From assembly GCA_963776275.1 (NCBI GenBank), contig CAVZMI010000020.1:224001-288000 (forward strand): DNA of 64,000 nt, given 5' to 3'. The notes under the pieces were generated by a model. It worked only from the letters and a program-made list of their open reading frames with translations, was not told where the DNA came from and ran no database searches. Within the stretch, counting starts at the first letter, position 1, and every line of letters starts with the position of its first letter. The position numbers were made by a program, and so were the translations under genes. This DNA comes from Ignavibacteriota bacterium. GTDB taxonomy: Bacteria; Bacteroidota; Ignavibacteria; UBA10030; CAVZMI01. Positions 9,661 through 19,627 of this stretch are shown here, in pieces.

Positions 9661-9704
9661 AAAAAGTGCTTTATCAATTATAATTATTAACGGAGGAGAA
9701 CGCT

Positions 9705-10028
9705 ATGCCCATCAAGCCGGTTGATTTGAAAGAACTTGAGAGCAAAGCCGAAAACATCTACGAAGCAATTGTCCTGATGTCAAAGCGTGCCCGACAAATC
9801 AATGAAGAGAATAAGTTAGAATTCAATCAACGCATCGAATTAATTCAAACTAAGACAGAGACCGATGAAGAAGTCGACGCTAATCCGGATCAACTGAAAA
9901 TCAGCCTCGAATTTGAAAAACGTCCCAAACCGACGGAGATTTCCCTCGAAGAAACAATGGCAAATAAGCTGGAATTTCGATACAAAGAAGCCGAAGAAGA
10001 GCCGGAAAAAAAGGCCGAGGAAGAATAA
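9705..10028 (+). CDS. rpoZ: RNA polymerase omega subunit (Bacteroidota/Chlorobi type)
   Basis: NIYEAIVLMSKRARQIN and FEKRPKPT; position between gmk and coaBC. Confidence 0.9.
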   Translation: MPIKPVDLKELESKAENIYEAIVLMSKRARQINEENKLEFNQRIELIQTKTETDEEVDANPDQLKISLEFEKRPKPTEISLEETMANKLEFRYKEAEEEPEKKAEEE

Positions 10029-10036
10029 TTTCAAGC

Positions 10037-11254
10037 ATGCTAGCCGGGAAGAAAATACTACTCGGCATCACAGGCGGTATCGCAGCGTACAAAATGCCGT
10101 GGCTCGTCCGAGATTTGAAAAAAGCAGGCGCAGAAGTTCATGTTGTCATGACCTCTTCCGCCACCAAGTTTGTCACACCGGTCGTACTCTCGGCACTATC
10201 ACAACATGACGTGTTGACGACACTATGGCCACCCGAAAAAGCCGGGAATGTTAAGGTAACAACCGAGCATATCGAAACAGCACTCTGGGCGGATCTCATG
10301 CTGATTGCCCCAGCGTCGGCAAATACAATTGCAAAAATTGCCTATGGAGTTGCCGATAACGCGTTGACAACGCTGGTTCTCGCGCTTCGGTGTCCCCTAG
10401 CGATTGCACCATCTATGGATGTCGATATGTACCGGCATGAAGCGACACAGCACAACATTGCGCTCCTGCGCGAACGGGGGATTCATATTCTTGATCCTGA
10501 AAGCGGAGCACTTGCGAGCGGACTCGAAGGTCCCGGACGGTTACCCGAGCTGGATATCATCGTCGGTTTTATCGACAATATCCTTGAAAAAACATACCAG
10601 AATCTCCGCGGGAAAAAAATACTTGTAACAGCCGGACCGACATACGAACCAATCGATCCTGTACGATTTATCGGAAACCTTTCCTCCGGTAAAATGGGCT
10701 ACGCTATAGCAAACGCCGCTGCACAACGTGGTGCTGACGTTACACTGGTGAGCGGTCCGGTCGCACTTGAAACACCACGACACGTCCGGCGCATCAATAT
10801 CCGGACGGCACACGAGATGTCAACAGCAATTCTCCCGCTTGCAAATGAATACGATGCCATCATCATGGCTGCCGCTGTTGCCGATTATACACCGACTACT
10901 GTCGCAGATCACAAACTTAAGAAACATGAGATCGGGAGCAATGAATTATCACTCCACTTAAAAAAAACAGATGATATTCTTGCTGTTCTCGGTGAGAAAA
11001 AAAATAAAACAGTTCTTGTCGGATTCGCTCTCGAAACCCACAACGAAGTCGCTGAGGCACAGTCAAAACTGCAAAATAAAAACCTTGACCTTATCGTTGT
11101 GAACAATCCACTCGTCGAAGGAGCCGCGTTCGGATCAGAAACAAACGTCGTAACCATCATCGATCGCAAAGGGACGATGGAAAAATTCGAAAAGATGTCA
11201 AAGTTCGATGTGGCAACAATTATTCTTGATAAAGTATCATCACTTTTCTCATAA
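10037..11254 (+). CDS. coaBC: Phosphopantothenoylcysteine decarboxylase/ligase
   Basis: GITGGIAAYK, APASANTIAK, TAGPTYEPIDPVRFIGNLSSGKMG, AAVADY, VGFALET. Confidence 0.97.
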   Translation: MLAGKKILLGITGGIAAYKMPWLVRDLKKAGAEVHVVMTSSATKFVTPVVLSALSQHDVLTTLWPPEKAGNVKVTTEHIETALWADLMLIAPASANTIAKIAYGVADNALTTLVLALRCPLAIAPSMDVDMYRHEATQHNIALLRERGIHILDPESGALASGLEGPGRLPELDIIVGFIDNILEKTYQNLRGKKILVTAGPTYEPIDPVRFIGNLSSGKMGYAIANAAAQRGADVTLVSGPVALETPRHVRRINIRTAHEMSTAILPLANEYDAIIMAAAVADYTPTTVADHKLKKHEIGSNELSLHLKKTDDILAVLGEKKNKTVLVGFALETHNEVAEAQSKLQNKNLDLIVVNNPLVEGAAFGSETNVVTIIDRKGTMEKFEKMSKFDVATIILDKVSSLFS

Positions 11255-11277
11255 TCACGGTAACGGAATTCCATAGG

Positions 11278-12066
11278 ATGGCCGACGACGAAACCAAGCT
11301 TCAATCAGAATTGACGTTGCTTCTTACAGATGTGCAGAGGTTTCTCATGCAAGAGCAAGATCTTTTCGGCAATATTCTATATCCTGAATCAAAGTCGGGA
11401 CAACCGAAAAAATCTGCACAACCGATTCATGCAGAAGAAGCCCTTCTTTTTCCTGATACACGCTACCCCGATGAGCCATGGACGACCGCCCCATCTCTCG
11501 ATGCACTCAATCAACAAATTTGTACATGTATGAAATGTCCCCTTGGTGCAACGCGGACCAATTTTGTATTTGGCGTTGGAAATTCGCAGGCGAAAGTGAT
11601 TGTCATAGGCGAAGCCCCGGGAGCCGATGAAGATGCACAGGGCGAGCCTTTTGTGGGTCGCGCCGGACAACTCCTCAACAAAATTCTTGAAGCCATCAAA
11701 TTCAAACGGGAAGAAGTATTTATCTGCAATATTTTAAAGTGCCGTCCTCCAAATAATCGCGATCCTTTACCTGAAGAGGTTGAACAGTGCGAGCCATATC
11801 TCTGGAAACAGCTCGAACTGATCCGTCCGATAATGATCCTTGCTGTTGGACGAATAGCAGGTCAGACTCTTCTTAAAACAACACGGGGACTCGGTGAGTT
11901 GAGGGGAACGATTCATTCCTATCATGGAATCCCGATGATGGTCACTTATCATCCTGCGGCATTATTACGAAACCCGAATTGGAAACGACCGACATGGGAA
12001 GATGTCCAGCAATTCCGTAAACTGTACGATGAACATATAAATGGAGCGAATCAATCACATGGCTGA
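11278..12066 (+). CDS. Uracil-DNA glycosylase family 4 (4Fe-4S)
   Basis: [48 protein letters not shown]. Confidence 0.95.
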   Translation: MADDETKLQSELTLLLTDVQRFLMQEQDLFGNILYPESKSGQPKKSAQPIHAEEALLFPDTRYPDEPWTTAPSLDALNQQICTCMKCPLGATRTNFVFGVGNSQAKVIVIGEAPGADEDAQGEPFVGRAGQLLNKILEAIKFKREEVFICNILKCRPPNNRDPLPEEVEQCEPYLWKQLELIRPIMILAVGRIAGQTLLKTTRGLGELRGTIHSYHGIPMMVTYHPAALLRNPNWKRPTWEDVQQFRKLYDEHINGANQSHG

Positions 12067-13502
12067 AATACGACGCATACCCGTTGAAGGCCGCTTCGAG
12101 GCGGAACATGTTTCAGGTCGTGTTCCCCCACAAGCTGTCGATATCGAGGCTGCGGTTCTCGGAGCGATGCTTCTTGATAAATCGTCCATAGCCAAGGTTA
12201 TCGAAGTACTCACAGACGATGCATTCTATAAAGAAGCACACCGGAAAATTTTCCAGGCAATCATTGCACTCTTTGAACGAAGCGAACCGGCCGACGTCAT
12301 CACGGTTATTGAAGAACTTCGCCGTCGCGGACAACTCGATCAGATCGGAGGCGAAATCTATATTACCGAACTGACAATGAAAGTAACCTCGTCGGCAAAT
12401 ATAGAGTTTCATGCCCGTATTATTCTTGAAAAGTCTTTATTACGTAACCTTATTACCTCCACGTCCGAAATTTCAACCCGTGCGTTCCAGGATACCGAAG
12501 ATGCATTTGCTCTTCTTGACGACGCCGAACAAAAGATATTCCAGATCTCTGACAGCCGCCTGAAAAAATCTTTCCTGCCGCTGAAGGAAGCCATTTTTAA
12601 AACAATGGAAATGCTTGAAAGCATACATGGAAAACACAGCGGCGTGACGGGAGTTCCTTCCGGGTTTGCGCAAATCGACGATCTTACGGGTGGATTCCAG
12701 GCTTCGGATCTTGTTATCATTGCGGGAAGACCTTCACAGGGAAAAACAGCTCTTGCCCTTTCAATCGCTCGCAATGCGGCAATTGATCATAACATCCCGA
12801 TCGGTTTTTTCAGCCTTGAAATGTCGTCCCAGCAGCTCGTCATGCGTCTGATTTGCGCAGAAGCGCGCGTCGACGCTCATCATGTTCGAACAGGCCGACT
12901 CGCCGATGAACAATGGCGGAATCTCAGTACACGTGTCGGCAAACTTGCTCAGGCAAAAATATTCATCGACGATACACCCGGCCTCGGCATTCTTGAACTT
13001 CGCGCAAAGGCACGACGTCTCAGAGCCGAAACGAACATCGGCATAGTTGTCGTCGACTATCTCCAGCTCATGCAGGGTCCGAAAAACGCTCAGAGCCGTG
13101 AACAGGAAATATCGTCTATCTCCAGATCGCTGAAAGCACTGGCAAAAGAATTAAACATTCCCGTAGTTGCTCTTTCGCAGCTTAACCGTGCTGTGGAAGC
13201 ACGCGGCGATAAGAGACCGTCTGTCCGATCTTCGTGAAAGCGGCTCGATAGAACAGGATGCAGATGTCGTTATGTTCGTCCACCGTCCTGAAATGTTCGG
13301 GATTAATGAAACAAAGGATCATGAATCGACTGAGGGTATGGCCGAAATTATCATAGGGAAACAACGCAACGGACCGACAGGGACATGTAAACTATCGTTC
13401 ATCAAACAATATGCACGTTTCGAGAACATGGCCTTTACACAATTTTCAGAAGCGACATTTGCACCTACGGCAGGTCCGGACGCGCCTGAAACTCCGTTCT
13501 AA
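12059..13502 (+). CDS. dnaB: Replicative DNA helicase, frameshift near 13220
   Basis: [37 protein letters not shown] in the first frame; [15 protein letters not shown] and KQRNGPTG continue in a second frame. Confidence 0.95.
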
Positions 13503-13515
13503 GATCTTCTTCATC

Positions 13516-14424
13516 TTGGCTCAAAAAATTACACGGCGAAAATTTATCAGACAAGCTGCTTATGCGGCAATTGGCAGTACTGTTCTGAAACCCTTATTTT
13601 TTCAGCTGAAGAATGAAAATTCCTCCGATGAAAATACTACCCTCTGCATAAAGAAATTCTCTTATGCTGTCGATAATAAATTATATGAAAAGCCGATTGG
13701 TATAGTTGTGGCATCTATCGGGCTGACATTTATTGGAACTGTTTATCAAGAGAATGTTCTTGATGAGGGGGGTGAAGAACATCTTGTGATTCATTTGCAG
13801 GGTCTTGATTGTGTAACCCTCTGCGAAAATGCACTGGCGTTTGCACGATGTGTAGAGTTGAACACAACAACGTACGAAGCATACTGCCGGCAGCTACAGT
13901 ATATTCGATATCGTGCCGGAGTCATTGATAAATATCCAAGCCGCCTGCATTATTTTAGCGATTGGATATTTGACAACGAGAAGAAAGGTGTTGTGAAAAA
14001 CGTTACGGCAGATGTAGGAGGACATTTCAGCGGGAAAATTGTCCGAAAAATTAATTTCATGACAACTCACCGGGCATCATACAAGCAGTTGGCTGAGAAC
14101 AAATTTTTAGTGACAATCCAACATCAGGAAAAAGAAATTAGCAGGCGGATGCTTCGATACATTCCCAAAGACAACATCGATAAGATTTCAGCAAAGATCC
14201 GACACGGGGATATTCTCGCATTTACAACGAGCATTGAAGGAATGGATGTTTCACACACGGGGATTGCATTTCGAAAAGAAGATGGTACGATACATTTGCT
14301 GCACGCCCCTGTTCCTGGAACAAAAGTCCAGATCACAGAACTCTCGATACATGATTATTGTGCAAAAAACAGCCGGCAGACAGGGATTATTATTGCCCGG
14401 CCGCTCGAGCCTGTTATACATTAA
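13516..14424 (+). CDS. DUF1460 / AmiA-like N-acetylmuramoyl-L-alanine amidase (NlpC/P60-related), Tat-like signal
   Basis: TRRKFI near a TTG start, LDCVTLCE, SRLHYFSDWI, GDILAFTT, DVSHTGIA, LLHA. Confidence 0.85.
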   Translation: MAQKITRRKFIRQAAYAAIGSTVLKPLFFQLKNENSSDENTTLCIKKFSYAVDNKLYEKPIGIVVASIGLTFIGTVYQENVLDEGGEEHLVIHLQGLDCVTLCENALAFARCVELNTTTYEAYCRQLQYIRYRAGVIDKYPSRLHYFSDWIFDNEKKGVVKNVTADVGGHFSGKIVRKINFMTTHRASYKQLAENKFLVTIQHQEKEISRRMLRYIPKDNIDKISAKIRHGDILAFTTSIEGMDVSHTGIAFRKEDGTIHLLHAPVPGTKVQITELSIHDYCAKNSRQTGIIIARPLEPVIH

Positions 14425-14449
14425 TTCTTGAAATCATGGCGGACAGGCT

Positions 14450-15567
14450 ATGGCAGACAAACAGCAACCGCTCGTCATATTGGTTGAAGACGACGCCGAA
14501 ATATTAGATGTAATGGCCGCACTACTCGAAAATTCGGGATTTTCCGTTGTGCGTGCACTTAACGGTGTTGAAGCTCTTACTCTGCTTGAGAGATATACGC
14601 CCGATATAGTTGTTTCAGATATTCATATGCCGAAGATGAACGGGTTTGATTTCTATACCGCATTACGGGATCGTGAAAATATGCAGCATGTTCCATTTAT
14701 CTTTCTTACCGGATTTTCTGATGTGGAGAGCGTCGTCCGCGGCCGTGAACTCGGTGTCGATGATTACCTCATCAAGCCGGTTGATGCACGGCTATTGCTT
14801 TCGAGCATTCGTGGTAAACTGAAACGCGCCGGCGAGATCCGGGTCTCAACCACCGATCAAATTGCGGAGCTGAAAAATCATCTGATACATGGCTCTACAC
14901 ATGAATTCCGCACTCCGCTGACATTGATCAATAGCACAACAGATATGCTCGCCGATGCATCGATGCAATTCGGCCCGGAGGAAATGCAACAATTTGTCGC
15001 CATGATAAAAGAGGGAGGGGCGCGTTTACAGCGCCTTGTCGAATCATTTTTACTGGCCTCGGCTATCGAGGCCGGTGAAACGCAGAAAGAATATAACGCC
15101 CGGGTCAACGAGTACGAACTTACCGAGATCATCACAGCGTCAATCACCGACGCAACACCTCTGGCAGCCGAACGTTCGATCACAATCGCACAGGAAATTC
15201 CCCACGGTTGCTTCATGGTAAGGATATGTCAAAAGCATATATTTGAAATTCTCCGGTGTCTGCTCGAAAATGCAGTAAAATTCAGTCCTGCAGGCTCTGC
15301 CGTCCATTGCCGGATTACCGATGATGGAATCTCATGACCGTGAGTGTAGAAGATCACGGCCGGGGAATCCCTGTTACCGAACTTCCAAAAATCGTCGAGA
15401 AATTTTACCAGGTGGATAGAAGAAAATTCGAGCAGCAGGGAATCGGCCTCGGCCTGTATATAGCTAGAAGTTTAGCAGAAATGAATAAAATTGTCCTCGC
15501 ATTCGATAGCGTGGAAGGTCAAGGCACCACCGCACGCTTGCGTTTCCCAAAAGTGGTTACAAATTGA
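14450..15567 (+). CDS. Hybrid response regulator receiver / histidine kinase, frameshift near 15330
   Basis: LVEDD, SDIHMPKMNG, DDYLIKP receiver; HEFRTPL H-box; NAVKFS; DHGRGI and GIGLGL in the shifted frame. Confidence 0.9.
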
Positions 15568-16423
15568 ATTCGACTAAACCCTCCAACACCTTGAGATTCT
15601 CCATATCTTCATGCATATCCTCACTTTTCGGCGTCTCGAGAATCTTAGGAATTTCCTGGAAACGCTGATCATTCATGAGTAATGAAAATCCTTTAATACC
15701 GATCGTTCCTTTACCAATATGCTCATGTCGGTCGATACGAGCACCAAGTTCTTTCTTCGAATCATTGACATGAAATGTAACCAGCCGGTCAAGACCGATT
15801 ACTTCATCAAATTCATGAAATGTTTTTTCATATCCTTCTTCCGTGCCGATATCATACCCTGCGGCAAAGACATGACATGTATCAATACACACCCCAATTC
15901 GCTTTTTTTCTTCTACCAGCTCGATTATTGCCTGCAAATGTTCAAAGGTATAGCCGAGGGCAGTCCCCTGACCGGCTGTTGTCTCCAGCACACTCTTCAC
16001 TGAAAACTCTTTTGTTTTTTCATGGATGAGGTTGATCGACTCTGCAATTTTTTGTATTCCTTCTTTTTCTCCAAGACCCATATGCGAGCCGGGATGAAAA
16101 TTTAGGTAGGGAATGCCGAGCGCCTGACAACGCTGTAATTCATCGAGAAAGGCATCCCTTGATTTCTTTAAGATCAATGCATTCTTAGCACAGAGATTGA
16201 TTAGATAACAATCGTGCGCAATAACAGGTGTGATTAATGATTTTTTCGCTTTCTCTCGGTACTGCCGAATATCTTCCTCCGTCAGCGATTTTCCGTACCA
16301 CTGGCTGCTGTTTTTTGAAAAAACCTGCATTGTCTTGCAGCCGATTTTTTCTCCCCGGTCAAAGGCTGTATGAACGCCGCCGGCAATGGACATATGGGCA
16401 CCGAGGAGAGGAACTTTTCTCAT
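15557..16423 (-). CDS. nfo: Endonuclease IV
   Basis: GAHMSIAGG, HDCYLINL, FHPGSH, LETTAGQG, DTCHVFAAGY, HVNDSK, DRHEHIG, ILETP. Confidence 0.97.
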   Translation of the reverse strand: MRKVPLLGAHMSIAGGVHTAFDRGEKIGCKTMQVFSKNSSQWYGKSLTEEDIRQYREKAKKSLITPVIAHDCYLINLCAKNALILKKSRDAFLDELQRCQALGIPYLNFHPGSHMGLGEKEGIQKIAESINLIHEKTKEFSVKSVLETTAGQGTALGYTFEHLQAIIELVEEKKRIGVCIDTCHVFAAGYDIGTEEGYEKTFHEFDEVIGLDRLVTFHVNDSKKELGARIDRHEHIGKGTIGIKGFSLLMNDQRFQEIPKILETPKSEDMHEDMENLKVLEGLVEFNL

Positions 16424-16474
16424 AAAATATTAACACAGTACATGTAACTTCACATATTAATTTCAGAGGCAGGA

Positions 16475-17746
16475 CTATTCTTCCAATATCTTTTTTGATG
16501 CCTCATTAATCGTGAGCCGGGTTTGAAACATCCCACTGATACCACCACGACACGTGAGGGTAAACGACAGCTGTTTAGGGACATACCCCTCCGGGTAAGT
16601 TAATTTTATCCATCCCGGCTCTTTTTTCTTGAATATTTTATTGGGATAGATTTCTGTACCAACAACATCCGGGGACTCAACCGATACACTCTCCAGTTCG
16701 TCTCCTTCGTTCACAATGAAACAAGTGCACTTATTATTTTCACGTAGAATACGAAGGAGTCGTAATGAAAGAACGGGCAACGGTTTTACTTCCTCCGGTA
16801 ATACAGAAACCGGGATATCAGTAGAAGGTGGGATATCAGGAGTTTTCTGAGATATAAAAGACGTTACAGAAGGTTCTGGCAACGGTGGCCGATCCATATC
16901 CGGTGGTGGTTCTATAACCGATGGTATAGTCGGCGTCTCGATTTGTTCTTTCTGAACGTATCTATCTGTGAAAGGATCGTAAGTGAACGCATCACTACTT
17001 GAGAAATCATTATTTTTAATCGACTGGGCTACCTCCACTACTCGATTTCCATAATCTTTTAATTCTGGAGATAGGTACCCGTGTGGTTCTTCTTCTCTTC
17101 CACGGCCTGTAGCAATATCAAAGAGTGTCCGATCATATGATGCAATTTTATTGTACGCCAGTAATATTGTCGCCATGGCCATACCCGAGAGAAAGCCGCC
17201 GACGTGGGCCCAGTATGCGATCTCACCTCCCCCTGAAACAGCTCCAACAATATCAAAGACGAACCATAACCCTACCATCATATAACCATATACCTTAAAT
17301 CCGGCACCAATAAATCCGAAAAGAAAAATACATTCGAGCTTATTAACCGGAAATAAAACAAGTGACATACCGATGATACCGTTCACAGCACCGCTCGCCC
17401 CGATAGCTGGAATATCGCTAAAGAAAAGATGTGTCGATGACGCGCATAGGCCAAGAAAGAGATACACAAAAGTATACCAGATATTTCCAACAACAGAATT
17501 GATCGCATTCCCAAATACCCAGAGAAACAGCATATTCCCGATAAGATGAAAAAGACCGCCGTGTAGAAACATGCAACCAAGCAAACCACTAAAGCTCCAA
17601 TCCTGCAATACCATCGACTCTGTAACAGATTCAGGAACGATAGAATATGTTGTAAGAAAATATAGGAGGCATGTAACTCCGATGATTATTGCATTTGAAA
17701 TGGGAGCATAGACATATGAAATTTGTAAGCGATATGGAATGACCAC
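16475..17746 (-). CDS. Rhomboid family intramembrane serine protease with Pro-rich linker and soluble C-terminal domain
   Basis: FLHGGLFHLIGNMLFLWVFG, IGASGA, AHVGGF. Confidence 0.9.
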   Translation of the reverse strand: MVIPYRLQISYVYAPISNAIIIGVTCLLYFLTTYSIVPESVTESMVLQDWSFSGLLGCMFLHGGLFHLIGNMLFLWVFGNAINSVVGNIWYTFVYLFLGLCASSTHLFFSDIPAIGASGAVNGIIGMSLVLFPVNKLECIFLFGFIGAGFKVYGYMMVGLWFVFDIVGAVSGGGEIAYWAHVGGFLSGMAMATILLAYNKIASYDRTLFDIATGRGREEEPHGYLSPELKDYGNRVVEVAQSIKNNDFSSSDAFTYDPFTDRYVQKEQIETPTIPSVIEPPPDMDRPPLPEPSVTSFISQKTPDIPPSTDIPVSVLPEEVKPLPVLSLRLLRILRENNKCTCFIVNEGDELESVSVESPDVVGTEIYPNKIFKKKEPGWIKLTYPEGYVPKQLSFTLTCRGGISGMFQTRLTINEASKKILEE

Positions 17747-17795
17747 GATTGATCTCCTGGCAAATGATTAATTTAACCGATTATTGAGTCGATAC

Positions 17796-19109
17796 TCATC
17801 GATAGGGATAGAAGATAAAAAATAAAAGGGATAATCCTGATAGTACCCAAAGTCCCGGTTTTATTTCCGAAAATTTTCCCGAAAGTACTTTAAAGAGCGG
17901 ATAAGCTACAAAACCTGCTGTCATTCCGATTCCAATATTATAAGTAAAACTCATTAATGCAACTACGCAAAACACAGGAATGGCTTCTGTAAGATCATCG
18001 AATCGAAGACGCGTAATGGGTGTAATCATCAGGACACCGACGATGATCAGCGACGGTCCATAGGCAAACGCAGGAATAGCTGTGAAAAATGGTGCAAAAA
18101 ACAGAGCCAGTAAAAAAAGAACGGCGGTCACGACCGCTGTGAGTCCTGATTTCCCACCGGCTTCGATTCCTGTTGCCGATTCGATATATGCCCCCGTTGT
18201 CGATGTTCCAAGTATTGCAGCGAGCGTTGTTGCCAGCGCATCGCACAACATCGGCTTTTCAATCCCGGGTAGATTACCATGCTCATCAAGAAGATTCGCT
18301 TTGTACGCTAAACCGATCAGAGTACCGAGGGTATCAAGAAAAGCCATAACGAACACAGTAAGGATCACTGAAAAAAGTCCCCACTGCAATGCCCCGGCAA
18401 CATCCATATGAAACAATACCGGGGTAATATCGGGCGGTACACTTATCCACTGCTGCGGAAGCGGGACAATTCCCAAGAAGAATGCAAGAATCGTGACGCT
18501 CACTATACCGATAAGAATTGCTCCACGTACACGGCGCATCATGAGAAATCCGATGAGAAGAAATCCAAAAATCGAAAGGAGCACCGACAACTGGCGAAGT
18601 GCCCCGGTATGAACCGGTGCACCCTCGACACCTACTCGAACAATGCCGCACTCGTTAAGACCGATGAAGGCGAGGAACAGTCCAATGCCGACAGCAAAGG
18701 CAATTTTCAATGACTCGGGTATTGCATTGGCCAGCCAGCTTCGCACTTTGAAGAGTGTAAGAATCGTAAACAATACTCCGCTAATAAATATTGCACCAAG
18801 TGCAACCTGCCAGCTGTATCCCATGACGCGAACAACGGTATATGCAATGAACGCATTTTCTCCCATATACGGTGCAATAGCAAAGGGACGTTTGGCATAT
18901 AAACCGATTGCCATCGTCCCGAAAAAAGCGCTGAGAATTGTCGCAACCATCGATGCCCCAAAAGGCATACCGGCGGCTTCGAGGATTTTGGGATTGACGA
19001 TAATAATGTAGGCCATCGTAACAAACGTCGTTATACCCGCGACGATTTCTTGCTTGATTGTTGTCCCAAGTTTATCAAGTTCGAAGAATGATTTCAAAAA
19101 ATTACTCAT
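17796..19109 (-). CDS. NCS2/AzgA-family purine permease
   Basis: EIVAGITTFVTMAYIIIVNP, APYMGENAF, YIESATGIEAGGKSGLTA. Confidence 0.93.
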   Translation of the reverse strand: MSNFLKSFFELDKLGTTIKQEIVAGITTFVTMAYIIIVNPKILEAAGMPFGASMVATILSAFFGTMAIGLYAKRPFAIAPYMGENAFIAYTVVRVMGYSWQVALGAIFISGVLFTILTLFKVRSWLANAIPESLKIAFAVGIGLFLAFIGLNECGIVRVGVEGAPVHTGALRQLSVLLSIFGFLLIGFLMMRRVRGAILIGIVSVTILAFFLGIVPLPQQWISVPPDITPVLFHMDVAGALQWGLFSVILTVFVMAFLDTLGTLIGLAYKANLLDEHGNLPGIEKPMLCDALATTLAAILGTSTTGAYIESATGIEAGGKSGLTAVVTAVLFLLALFFAPFFTAIPAFAYGPSLIIVGVLMITPITRLRFDDLTEAIPVFCVVALMSFTYNIGIGMTAGFVAYPLFKVLSGKFSEIKPGLWVLSGLSLLFFIFYPYR

Positions 19110-19307
19110 CGTGAAACTCCCTTATTATTTTCAGTTTACTATTTCTCTCGCTCAAATTCTTCGGATAAATTATGGTAAGAGCCTGCCTGCTTTCGTAGTT
19201 TGTTCCCATGGAGCGCAAGTACCAGAGGAAAGCCCTTCTATTGGCTATAAAGAGGTGATTCATGGATAAGGATGATTTGTCCCTGGACGACAAATTTTAA
19301 CACTATG

Positions 19308-19336
19308 ATAATAGTAGAAAGACTCCTGATATGCAA
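19308..19336 (-). promoter_or_regulatory. Putative sigma70 promoter for the NCS2 permease
   Basis: TTGCAT-N17-TATTAT on the minus strand. Confidence 0.45.
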
Positions 19337-19354
19337 GAAAGTGAAATATTTTTC

Positions 19355-19383
19355 TTGACATAATATATCCAATTTTGTAGATT
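19355..19383 (+). promoter_or_regulatory. Sigma70 promoter for trp leader/trpB2
   Basis: TTGACA-N17-TAGATT. Confidence 0.65.
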
Positions 19384-19392
19384 AAATTGATA

Positions 19393-19482
19393 ATGAAAAT
19401 GTGTAATCAATATATCATTTTTAAGGGGGATTATTGGTGGTGGCGCTGGTTCGCCGAGGGCGTACCGGTGTCCCTGCACTAG
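19393..19482 (+). CDS. trpL: Trp-rich attenuator leader peptide (29 aa)
   Basis: MKMCNQYIIFKGDYWWWRWFAEGVPVSLH*, four TGG codons in five positions, upstream of trpB2. Confidence 0.85.
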   Translation: MKMCNQYIIFKGDYWWWRWFAEGVPVSLH

Positions 19483-19503
19483 TGTGTTTACGGATTGAAC
19501 CGT

Positions 19504-19543
19504 AAAAGTGGGATCACCGGACAAGGCGTTCCCACTTTTTTTT
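19504..19543 (+). terminator. Attenuator terminator hairpin
   Basis: AAAAGTGGGA...TCCCACTTTT followed by a T run; overlaps antiterminator CCGGTGTCCC (19465-19474)/GGGATCACCGG (19510-19520). Confidence 0.85.
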
Positions 19544-19627
19544 GAATGACAGTAATCGTGGGAGCCTGAAACCACGATTTTTTTATTTATATCATTATCA
19601 TAACCACATTAAATGGAGAACAGAACA

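Noticed and set aside
13200-13260. Intein or programmed frameshift in dnaB
   Set aside because: [15 protein letters not shown] is contiguous with no insertion, there is no slippery heptamer, and similar indels occur throughout the window
19110-19300. Canonical guanine/adenine riboswitch upstream of the NCS2 permease
   Set aside because: The UAUGG...GUUUCUAC...CCGUAAA consensus is not present
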